Positions 12,247 to 21,148 of a DNA stretch of 64,000 nt are shown here, piece by piece (within the stretch, counting starts at the first letter, position 1; every line of letters starts with the position of its first letter). Made by a program: the position numbers and the translations under genes. This stretch comes from Carpediemonas membranifera BICM. Lineage: Eukaryota > Protista > Fornicata. The stretch is taken from the NCBI GenBank assembly GCA_019828565.1, contig JAHDYR010000067.1:62001-126000 (forward strand), written 5' to 3'. The notes under the pieces were generated by a model. It saw only the letters and a list, made by a program, of their open reading frames with translations, searched no databases and was not told the DNA's origin.

Positions 12247-13086
12247 ATGGCCGATCGCCACACCATGGATCATGCACTGAAAGAGCCCAAGAAGGACTTC
12301 GTCACTGCCTTTATTTCGCATGCAGTCGCACGGTCGCTCCATTTATCTGAGTATGCTGGCGTTGGAAAGGCTGCATTCATTGGCGGCATGTCTGGCCTCT
12401 CCACGGCCCTGTTCTTCACCGCACCGACCACCTCCGATGAGCTACAGAAGTTCCTCGCCGTTTCCCGTGGCGTGTTCAACTCCTCCGCCTTTGTCCAAGC
12501 ATCCGATGCTCTATTCCGCGTTCCCTTCCTCACCCCACAGTGCCGACGCGGCAACTTCCGCAACTTCTACACCCACAGCTTCTTCTGCGGCGCTGCAGTG
12601 GGCGTGTCCGGTGAGTTGTGGTCCAACTACGTGTACGGCGCGCCCCATCACGTTACGTGGGCAAATATTGTCATCACCAACGCCCTAGGCAACATGATGT
12701 GGGATACCTTCTTCCATGCCTCATGTGCTGTGGGTCGAAGGGTGAGAGGCGCATTCCCGGCAATCCCGCAGCTCCCCGTCGCCGTGCTCTCTCTTATCAT
12801 GGGTGGCGTAGGAGGTTCGTTCGGTGCCAACCTGGCCTCGTATGGCATGCACAAGTACTACCATGTCATGGCTGATCGCGGTTCGGCCCGCAATAAGGAC
12901 CTTCACGACAGGATGGTGGCCTACTACGGTTTCGAACACGAGCCTGTCATCAGGGATTGGGCATTCGCGTGCATGCGGAAGTGTATGAACAGCGCCGTGT
13001 ACTTCACAGTCTTCGGTACTCTCACCGACGGCATGGATCGCCTTGGCAAGAGATTGTTCCGCCCCATGAATCGCAAGAACATATGA
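12247..13086 (+). CDS. Glycine-rich multi-pass membrane protein, possibly a very divergent mitochondrial-carrier-like protein (~279 aa)
   Basis: Host-like codon usage. Hydrophobic GxxxG helices (AAFIGGMSG, SFFCGAAVG, SLIMGGVGG) and a terminal helix MRKCMNSAVYFTVFGTL. Alternative start at 12175. Confidence 0.55.
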   Translation: MADRHTMDHALKEPKKDFVTAFISHAVARSLHLSEYAGVGKAAFIGGMSGLSTALFFTAPTTSDELQKFLAVSRGVFNSSAFVQASDALFRVPFLTPQCRRGNFRNFYTHSFFCGAAVGVSGELWSNYVYGAPHHVTWANIVITNALGNMMWDTFFHASCAVGRRVRGAFPAIPQLPVAVLSLIMGGVGGSFGANLASYGMHKYYHVMADRGSARNKDLHDRMVAYYGFEHEPVIRDWAFACMRKCMNSAVYFTVFGTLTDGMDRLGKRLFRPMNRKNI

Positions 13087-13338
13087 GACTTTTACTTTTG
13101 AATATGAATACTTCATCGCTTCTGCTGTTTTGTGTGTTGTTTTGCTGTTGATTTGCCAGCTCTCGGCTTGGAAAAATGGTATTGTTCTCATTCGCCATGA
13201 AGAAGACTGATATTGGTTAAAAAGAGACTATATGATCGGTAACCAAGCCAGCATGGGTAGAATACGGCACAGGATTCGAGAACCGTCCCCTGTGGCGCTC
13301 ATGCCGTCCACTTTGCGATCAATGACTCCAGTTCGAGT

Positions 13339-13462
13339 TGTGATTTGCTCGGGGTGAACGGCCCGTGAGGGGAGATAAAGGCAACAAGAAGTTGGTACGT
13401 GCAATGCCGCGGCAGTGCTGGGGGAGTGAATGTACACCATAAATGGAGTTACGTAATTCGCA
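13339..13462 (-). repeat. 3' LTR (124 bp)
   Basis: TGTGATTTGC...GTAATTCGCA on the plus strand, identical base for base to 18484-18607. Confidence 0.95.
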
Positions 13463-13473
13463 CTGCCTTTCTC
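13463..13473 (-). promoter_or_regulatory. Polypurine tract (PPT) of the retrotransposon
   Basis: GAGAAAGGCAG on the minus strand directly abuts the 3' LTR. Confidence 0.7.
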
Positions 13474-13671
13474 GATAGCTGGCCAAGCTTGGACGGCTGA
13501 ACGTGAGGGACGAACGCAAATCACCTGCGGACGATCTTCGACACTCCTTTGGGTCGTTCAATCGTGCATCGGATGATCCTTTAGCGCACCTGGGCGTCCC
13601 CAGGCACTGGAGATTATACTGACGGGCCAAGGAAGCGTTCGGAAAAGGCCTTAGTCTATCAGTTAGTACAA

Positions 13672-16600
13672 TTACTGGTACTTAGGGTTTGGTTGGCGGT
13701 TTCTCGTTGGATAGCGGCGTGGAGCGTCAAATTCTTTCGCTGTTGTGCTCGGGGGCACTCTGGGCTTCGTCTGGCGTGTTCTCCGAGGGTACCGGTCGCG
13801 AGGCTTCCGTACATCAGACGGATCTGGATGTTTGGGCTCAGCAGCGCGGTTCTCTGTCCGACGCTCTACTGTCTTTGGCGCCGCGTGCTTTTCTAGGACG
13901 TCGGCTGATACAGTAGTTCCTGCCCCTCTCCCGGGGTCGGTCCTCGGTGGACTAGACTCGTGGTCCCGTCCTCCTGGGGTTTCCCGTGGTGAGGGCTCCT
14001 TGCGCTTCTCCTCCAGCTCCCCAGTTGGGGTGGCACTTGGCACCGAGTCGGGAGGGTTAGCGGGCGGATCGAGTGGATGCCTGGGTCGACGCTGTCTGCG
14101 GTACTTCGCGACTCCGGGGAGCTTAGCGAAGCCATCATTGGCGTCAATGAACTTTGCCAAGGTGTCTCGGCCAGCAAGCTGGTCGATGTTGATCCACGTG
14201 GCCTCTGATTTGGTCATGCCAGCCCAACGTACGAGCATGCGGTAGGGCGAACTGCCCCGTTGCTGTTCGTAGTCAAGAATCTCTTCCGGCACAGACCGGT
14301 AGAAATCTTGTGCAGCGATACTACGAGCTTGCTCTTCGGTTAGGGCTTGCACTGGTGACCAGTACAGGGAGGAGCCGTGGCGAATGATCTTGACAGTGTC
14401 CTGGATGAGGTCTTGGAGTTCGTACCTGTCTCTGGTGAGGGTTTGGAGGACCCGATACGGGCCCCGGACTGGCAGGTCCAGACGGCCTCTGGCCCTGGGT
14501 TCTAAGGAGACGTACACATAGTCACCGGGGGCAGGCCTAGGCCCGGCGACGGGGAGATGGTCATCTTTCCACTTGCTCCTCTCAGCCAGCGCGTCGTTGA
14601 CTGTTTTCAGCAGTCTTTTCGCCCGGTCAATAGTCAGTCTGGGGTTGTTCTGACTGCGCTTGAGGTCGGTTGTTGTGGCGAGTAGAGCTGCGTGGGCTTG
14701 GAAAGGTGAGAGGTCCTCGAGTGGAGCGGATGGGGTATCGTTGACTGCGGTCTGGGCGTCGCTCAGCACTTGTGTCCAATCCTCATCTCGCACTTCGTGT
14801 ACGAGCTCTCTGAGCGCCCGGTTGACGGACCGGATCACGTTTTCCACGGCCCCGTTGGCTTCGTGGCGCAACGGAGTGGTCACGTGGTGGTCGATGCCGA
14901 GTAGTTCAAGCTCTCTTGAGAAAGCTAGTCCGAACTGGGACCCGCTATCGGTTTGGACTTGTTGGGGTAGCCCCCAGTGGCGTATGTAGCCACGTTTGAG
15001 AGCGTTCAAGGCCTCCGCTGTACTAGAGTTTTGCATTGGCTCCAGCACTGTGAAGCGAGTGGTAGGCTCTTTGATCACCAGGACGTGAGTGAATCCTTGG
15101 TGCTCGGGGAGAGGACCTAGGGTGTCCACGTGCAAGTGATGGATGGACCCGACAGGTGCGCGGGAGTCTGGCAAGTGTCGCTGGTCGATTGGGACCGGCT
15201 CGAGCCGGGACTTGGAGCAGATTGGACACGCGAGCAGGCGCTCGGCGATGTCGTGCTTGATCCCGCTCCAGAGCGTATCGTCCTGCTTCAGCCGGCGGAA
15301 CATGGCTTTGGCCTTGCGGTGATACTTGCCGTGTGCGCGGTCGAGAAGGTCCTGTTTCGCCTCTTCCGCAAGCTGATCTGGTAGGTCGGAGTCTTGGGAG
15401 GTGTGGCTGAGGCTACACAGGTACGCGGACGGGGTGATATCCACTGAGGGCCGCGGCCAATACCGTGACAGTGTGTCGGCCACAATGTTGTCGGCCCCCG
15501 GAATGTGCGTGATGGAGATGTCGAGGTCAGCAATCTCCGTGAACCAGCGACGGACCTTACGGTTGTTCGTCGCCGAGGCGAGAACGAGAAAGGCAGTGCG
15601 GTGGTCAGTCTCGACATCGACGTGATGTCCTTGAACGATGTCCTCGAACTTGAGGAGGCTGGCAACGACGCCATAAGCCTCTTGCTCAATTGTAGGCCAG
15701 GCAGCCATCGTGTCGTTGAACTGCTTCGAGTAGAACGCGATGGTTTGTTCTGACCCATCGTCTGCCAGCTGGAACAGCTGGGCTCCGATGCCGTGTACGG
15801 AGGCGTCTGTCCGGAGACGGAACGGCCGGTCATAATTGGGATGAGCGAGGTCCTCGGGCTCCGCGATGATGGCTTTGAGGGTCTCGAACGCTTTCTGATG
15901 GTCTCTCGTCCAGGACCACTGGGTTCCCTTGCCGAGGAGGGTGTTCAGAACCCGGGTCTGGTCTGCCATGTGGGGTAGGAATGGCCGGAGGTAGTTGACC
16001 AGGCCGAGGAATGAGCGCAGCTCACGTGGGTTCGATGGTGGTTTGATTGTAGCGATGGCGTCGATGCGGTCCTGTGAGATGTGGACACCCGACTCGTCTA
16101 CAAGAAGACCGAGGATCTTGGCGCGCTTAGTGCCGATGATAGACTTCTTGGCCTTCAGACGGAGGCGGCATTGAGCACAGCGGGTGAGGAACCGGTCGAC
16201 CCGATCATAGAGTTCCTCAGGAGTTCTCCCGAGGACTACTGCATCGTCAATGAAGACGAACAGCTCGTCACGGTCGATCGAGTCTTGGAAGACCTTGGTA
16301 ACTGCCCGCTGGAAGGCGGCTGGCCCATTGCGCACTCCAAACGGAAGTCGGTTGAACTCATAGAGTCCGTTGGGTCCCTGGAATGCTGTCAGGTGTCGGG
16401 AACTCTCGGCAACCTTCAGCTGGTGGAACCCTGACGTAAGGTCGAAGGTCGCGAAGTACTTGACCCCACGGCACTTCTCCCTCAGTTTGTCTGGCGACAA
16501 CATGGGGTAGGCGTCGGCTCTCGTAACTGCATTCAGCTGGCGGTAGTCAACGCAGAAGCGCCAAGTATCGTCTGGCTTCCGGATCAGCAGAACTGGAGCT

Positions 16601-18453
16601 GCCCAGTCCGACGACGACGGGCGGATGATGCCCTTCTGGAGCATGTCGCGGATGCCGTCCCTAACCGCCTCAGTCATCTTTGGGTTCTTGTGGCGGTACG
16701 CTGCCCGAACTGGGATGCTGCCAGGGTTGAGGACGAACTCGAATTCGCCCAGATCGGCGCCGCCTGGATGGGGGTCGCCGAAGGTGTTCTGAGCGACGTG
16801 CCTGCCCAGGAGGTCCTCAAAGCGGCCACGTACCTCGCTAGGGAGGTCGTCGGAGATGGTGGGTTGACCCTCGTCGGCGCTGATGAGGTGATTGAAGAGC
16901 CGACCGAGGTCGAGGTTGGCTACCTCCTCCTGCATAGTTGTAGGCGGGCTTGCCAGGTACTCTGGGGTCAGACCCAGGGTGGCAAGGACCCTCTGGCCAA
17001 CAATGCAATCGACTGACAGTTGGTGAACCGCCAGGACGTGCACTGACAGCTTGGCACTGGCGGGGAAGTGGTCACCCCACAGCTCCACGTCCACGACTCC
17101 GTGATGGGTAACTCGGAGCGGGTTCGCGGGGTCTGCGGTTGCGATGACCTCGTTGCCAGCGGCGGCAGGAAGGTGGAGCCGTATGGCAAGTGATGTCGGT
17201 ACCAGGACATCAATGCCTAGGGCGCCCGTGTCCAGCAGAGCATTCGTCTCGAGGCCGGAGCCAAGAAACTTGAGCTGGGCGTAGTACCCTTGGGAGGTGC
17301 CGCCTGAGCACAGACCACACAACAAGTACTGGGAGGCTTTATTGGCCTGCCCACGGCACTCGGCGTTGGTGTGGTTGGCCCAGGGGTGGATGAGGCACAG
17401 GCTGTCAGGGGCGGAGGTCCGCACGGCAGAGATGCCGAAGAGGTGGGCGGCCTCGGAGGGGTCCCTGACCATGGCGGTGATCGCCTGCGCCACTCGGGTA
17501 GCTCGGGCACAGATCTCCGTGTCCTCGATCTGAACGCCATGACGCACCCAGTGGTCCAAATCGTCCTTCAGGTTTGCCATGATCCGCGTAAACGCAGAAC
17601 TGATGGGAAGGGACGAGGGGACCCTGGTTTGGCGAGTGCGTCGGCGGGTGAGGCGGAGCGGGGCCAGAGCTGTGGTGAGAGCACTCAAGGACAACGTGGA
17701 GCGACGGCTTGAAGTTGAGGAGTCGTCGCTAAACTGCACCTCCCGAGGGGCAAAAGCTGAGCGGTGCAGAGGGATGGCGGCTTCGCCCACGGAAGGATGA
17801 TCCACAGAGGCTTGCGACCACTGATTGGAAATCGTGGATACGAGATAGCTGGATGCTCCTGCGCGCTGAAGCGTCTTACGCAGGATCTTTGGCGCATCCC
17901 ACAGCGAGAGGGTGCTGCGGTCCAGGAGCAGGCGGAGCGTGTCCAGGCGGCCAAATTCCGCCAGGAAGGCGCTCAGGGAAGTGGCAGAGAGCGGCTTGCC
18001 CGGTGTGATTTCCTCGGCTGCCGAGAACCAGGCTCCGCGGCTGTTAACGACCTGTCGGGTGGCGTCTCTTGCGGCAGTGGTCAGGACTTCGTTAGCTAGG
18101 CGAGCCCATTGGCAACGCCTTACCAGCTTAGTGGCCCTTTCGATCTGGGAGGATCTCAGGTCGGGGCACTCGGCGTGTAGCTGGTCGAGGAAGCTCTCGA
18201 GGTCGTCCCGCATGGGGGTCAGATGCGTGGCGCTGATCTCTGGCATCCATCCCAGCTGACGACCATTGGCGGCCGTCGGGAGGATCGTGTCGGGGGCGCC
18301 GAGGTCCGCGTCCGTGGAAATGCGATCGAGCAGGTCGACAAAGAACCGGACAAGGCTCAGCGGACTGTCAAACTCGGCTGGTTGCTGGGCGGTGGCGACG
18401 GAGGAATGAAGCAGCGTGCTCAAGGAGGTTTTCTTGTTACTTTTCATGGCCAT
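13672..18453 (-). CDS. Gag-Pol polyprotein, single ORF, ~1593 aa
   Basis: Zinc knuckle variant CLIHPWANHTNAEC, protease LLDTGA, RT (WRFCVDYRQLN, LPFG...P, VFIDD), RNase H (TDAS, EQEA, TDH), integrase (H..H..CPIC, HVDTLGP, TDSGSQF, E; GPY), chromodomain EEILD...MLVRWAG...EATW. No stops or frameshifts. The first ATG after the 5' LTR is at 18453. Confidence 0.95.
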   Translation of the reverse strand: MAMKSNKKTSLSTLLHSSVATAQQPAEFDSPLSLVRFFVDLLDRISTDADLGAPDTILPTAANGRQLGWMPEISATHLTPMRDDLESFLDQLHAECPDLRSSQIERATKLVRRCQWARLANEVLTTAARDATRQVVNSRGAWFSAAEEITPGKPLSATSLSAFLAEFGRLDTLRLLLDRSTLSLWDAPKILRKTLQRAGASSYLVSTISNQWSQASVDHPSVGEAAIPLHRSAFAPREVQFSDDSSTSSRRSTLSLSALTTALAPLRLTRRRTRQTRVPSSLPISSAFTRIMANLKDDLDHWVRHGVQIEDTEICARATRVAQAITAMVRDPSEAAHLFGISAVRTSAPDSLCLIHPWANHTNAECRGQANKASQYLLCGLCSGGTSQGYYAQLKFLGSGLETNALLDTGALGIDVLVPTSLAIRLHLPAAAGNEVIATADPANPLRVTHHGVVDVELWGDHFPASAKLSVHVLAVHQLSVDCIVGQRVLATLGLTPEYLASPPTTMQEEVANLDLGRLFNHLISADEGQPTISDDLPSEVRGRFEDLLGRHVAQNTFGDPHPGGADLGEFEFVLNPGSIPVRAAYRHKNPKMTEAVRDGIRDMLQKGIIRPSSSDWAAPVLLIRKPDDTWRFCVDYRQLNAVTRADAYPMLSPDKLREKCRGVKYFATFDLTSGFHQLKVAESSRHLTAFQGPNGLYEFNRLPFGVRNGPAAFQRAVTKVFQDSIDRDELFVFIDDAVVLGRTPEELYDRVDRFLTRCAQCRLRLKAKKSIIGTKRAKILGLLVDESGVHISQDRIDAIATIKPPSNPRELRSFLGLVNYLRPFLPHMADQTRVLNTLLGKGTQWSWTRDHQKAFETLKAIIAEPEDLAHPNYDRPFRLRTDASVHGIGAQLFQLADDGSEQTIAFYSKQFNDTMAAWPTIEQEAYGVVASLLKFEDIVQGHHVDVETDHRTAFLVLASATNNRKVRRWFTEIADLDISITHIPGADNIVADTLSRYWPRPSVDITPSAYLCSLSHTSQDSDLPDQLAEEAKQDLLDRAHGKYHRKAKAMFRRLKQDDTLWSGIKHDIAERLLACPICSKSRLEPVPIDQRHLPDSRAPVGSIHHLHVDTLGPLPEHQGFTHVLVIKEPTTRFTVLEPMQNSSTAEALNALKRGYIRHWGLPQQVQTDSGSQFGLAFSRELELLGIDHHVTTPLRHEANGAVENVIRSVNRALRELVHEVRDEDWTQVLSDAQTAVNDTPSAPLEDLSPFQAHAALLATTTDLKRSQNNPRLTIDRAKRLLKTVNDALAERSKWKDDHLPVAGPRPAPGDYVYVSLEPRARGRLDLPVRGPYRVLQTLTRDRYELQDLIQDTVKIIRHGSSLYWSPVQALTEEQARSIAAQDFYRSVPEEILDYEQQRGSSPYRMLVRWAGMTKSEATWINIDQLAGRDTLAKFIDANDGFAKLPGVAKYRRQRRPRHPLDPPANPPDSVPSATPTGELEEKRKEPSPRETPGGRDHESSPPRTDPGRGAGTTVSADVLEKHAAPKTVERRTENRAAEPKHPDPSDVRKPRDRYPRRTRQTKPRVPPSTTAKEFDAPRRYPTRNRQPNPKYQ

Positions 18454-18483
18454 AGAGAGAGTTAATCGATTAATTAACGTTAA

Positions 18484-18607
18484 TGTGATTTGCTCGGGGT
18501 GAACGGCCCGTGAGGGGAGATAAAGGCAACAAGAAGTTGGTACGTGCAATGCCGCGGCAGTGCTGGGGGAGTGAATGTACACCATAAATGGAGTTACGTA
18601 ATTCGCA
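18484..18607 (-). repeat. 5' LTR (124 bp)
   Basis: Identical to 13339-13462; flanked by TSD GAGT at 18608-18611. Confidence 0.95.
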
Positions 18608-18618
18608 GAGTCGAAGCG

Positions 18619-21039
18619 ATGGCTCCAGCTCAAAAGGGACCATCGAACGAGGACCAGCGTGTTTGGTATGTCCATTAGCCTTCTCACTGCTTATATAGGC
18701 TTGAGGATGCCATGAGCACCGTTAAGCAGAACGCTGTGCGCCTCCGCCGTGCCATCGAGCAGGATAATTACCAGGAGGTCATCAAATTCGCCACTCTTGT
18801 GCTCAACGAGCTTCGTACATCCATGCTAAGCCCGAAGCGCTACTACCAGCTCTATTCCGCCGTCTTTACCGAGCTGAACTATGTCGAGCAATACTTTGAG
18901 GAATACTGCCTGACACACAGCATCCAGGACGTCTACGACCATGTTCAGCAGTGCGGCAACATCATTCCCCGCATCTACCTCCTGATCACTGCCGGCGTCG
19001 TCTTTCTCCGCCGGGCGGATTCCCCCGCCGCCGACATCATGAAGGACCTGGTTCAGATGGCCAAGGGAATCCAGCACCCAGTCAGAGGTCTGTTCGTCCG
19101 CCACTACCTCAACCAGGCGACCAAGAACGCGTGGAAGCCCGATGCCTCCGAGATGCAGGGCACTGTAGAGATTGTCCTATCAAACTTCGCGGAGATGACT
19201 CGACTCTGGACCCGCCTCGCCACAGCCCCCGCCTACACCATGAGCAGGCACCGTGCCGAGGAGGAGCGTACCAGCCTCGAGGAGCTCGTCGGCCACAACC
19301 TTGTGCGACTGGTCAACCTCGACGGCATGGACGCCCTCGCATACCGCAAGTACGCCATCCCCGCCATCACTCGGCATGTACTGAGCTGCCATGACCGTAT
19401 GGTGCAGTCCTACCTCCTCGACACTATTGTCCAAGGTGTCCCGGACGAGTTCCACGCACAGACCCTTCCGTACCTCGTCTCCATATTCAGAGCTGTGCTC
19501 GACACGGTGCCCGTGGTTCCTGTGATGGTCTCGCTGGTGGACAGGCTGGCCTCCTTTATGAACTCTCGGGCGGACGACCCAGGCATGCTCGAGAGTCTAG
19601 TGGAGCTCAGCGAGGAGACGCTCGCAGTGAACCAACTTGGCGGTGACTTTGAGGACATCGACACCAACGACATCATACCCGTCCCCGCGGCCCCCGAGCC
19701 CACCGACGACGAGCCCCAAGCGTGCTTCCTCCTTCGACTGGCTGGCATGCTCGAGACTGTTATCGAGCAGAGACCCACACTGGGAGCCGAGGACGCTCTG
19801 AGGGTTCACCTGGCTTTGCTCAAGGCCACACTGAGCGTCATGCCTGACCGTATCGACATGATCTGCCCTGCTTTCAGCCGTTGCCGTGCGGACGTCACCG
19901 CCATCCACGGCGCCCACCCTCTTCTGGAGCAGGTTCTTACTGCACCCATCATGCATATCGGAAGCGTGCTCAACCTGGCATCCATCGAGGGCTATGACTC
20001 CGTCCTTGCTGTAGCCTCACCGCAAGTCAAGCTTGCCGTAGCCACGATGACATGCGAGCGGGTTGTCGCCGATGCCCAGCCGCTGTCCCGCCCCGCCGAA
20101 GTCCAGCGTGTGTTGACGATGGCGCTGCCGCTGCTCAGTGGTGCTGACGACGAGGACGAGGTCAGCGAGCATTGCGGGTATGTGGCCGGCATCGTAACCC
20201 TCATCGACAACCCCGACCCCGCTGTCGCCATCGAGCTGCTCGACATCACGCGGTCATTCATCCAGAAGGGGGATCTCGACCACGTCAAGGTTGCCCTGCA
20301 GCCCCTCATGCATAAGGCCCTCGACATCGCTCTCAGTGCAGGGCTCGGTGGAGTTACGACCGACCCGCTGTTCCGGTTCGCCACAGAGATAATCCACCTC
20401 ATGGCTGAACTGGACGTCGACACCGCGCTGCACCTGCAGATCCTGGCCGCACTAACGTCAGACAAGGTGGGGCTGGATGATGTTACATTCGACTTCGTCG
20501 GCCTGGCCATCACGACCGTGCAGGATAAGATTAGTGGGTCGAGACTTCAGTTTGAGGGGCTACTGGAATGCGTATCTGCTATCACGACGCTCACTGCGAT
20601 GTCACCTGAGAACTACGAGACCATTGCTACCAATCTGACACATTTTGCATCACGGTTTATCACAAGGCAGGATCAGTGCCGCGCGGTGGCCGCATGTGCG
20701 TCTCTCTGGTGGAATGGTGTCCTCCGCAAGGGCGACAGGGTGCTGGAGTGCATCAAGAGGAGTCTGACCGCAGCAGACAAGTGTAAGACCTCCATGGTAT
20801 CAGAGCAGTACTACTACCCCCTGATCCTCGAGATGATCGACCACACAATGTTCTTCATAGACCGGGGATGCCCCGAAGTCACCCCGGAGCTGCTGTCAGG
20901 CCTAATGGCCGTCGCTGACGCTGGGCTGAGTGAGTCGACGGAGACGCACTCACAGCACTACGCTGCGATCAAGACGCATGTGTCGGCAAAGGTGGATGCG
21001 GGGGTAGAGGCGTACTGTGCGGTTGTCAGTCACGAGTAA
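18619..21039 (+). CDS. VPS35: Retromer subunit VPS35; join(18619..18665,18699..21039)
   Basis: ELRTSMLSPKRYYQLY, VQQCGNIIPRIYLLITAG and GIQHPVRGLFVRHYL. A 33-nt intron (18666-18698, GTATGT...CTTATATAG) restores the typical N-terminus MAPAQKGPSNEDQRVWLEDAMSTVKQNA. Confidence 0.93.
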
Positions 21040-21148
21040 AGTTGAGAGGACATCTCAGTTGACTGGTGGATCATGCTATAGTCTACGTGCTCAATCGTAA
21101 ACCCCAGGCAGACCATAAATACGAAAACGAGAGTGTCATTCGACGCTG

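Larger units (their letters stand above)
13339..18607 (-). mobile_element. Full-length Ty3/gypsy LTR retrotransposon with chromodomain (chromovirus), 5269 bp
   Basis: Identical 124-bp TG...CA LTRs, 4-bp TSD GAGT (13335-13338 and 18608-18611), a single gag-pol ORF in PR-RT-RH-IN-chromo order, and a purine-rich tract next to the 3' LTR. Confidence 0.97.

Noticed and set aside
16243-16260. RT active site FIDD instead of YxDD
   Set aside because: VFIDD is common in chromoviral Ty3/gypsy RTs, so it indicates neither inactivation nor novelty.
18454-18687. N-terminal ~78 aa of the 1671-aa ORF in the track
   Set aside because: It starts at a non-ATG codon outside the element and reads through the 5' LTR and antisense to VPS35 exon 1. 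The same LTR peptide appears in ORF 13228-13524, so this is chance openness.
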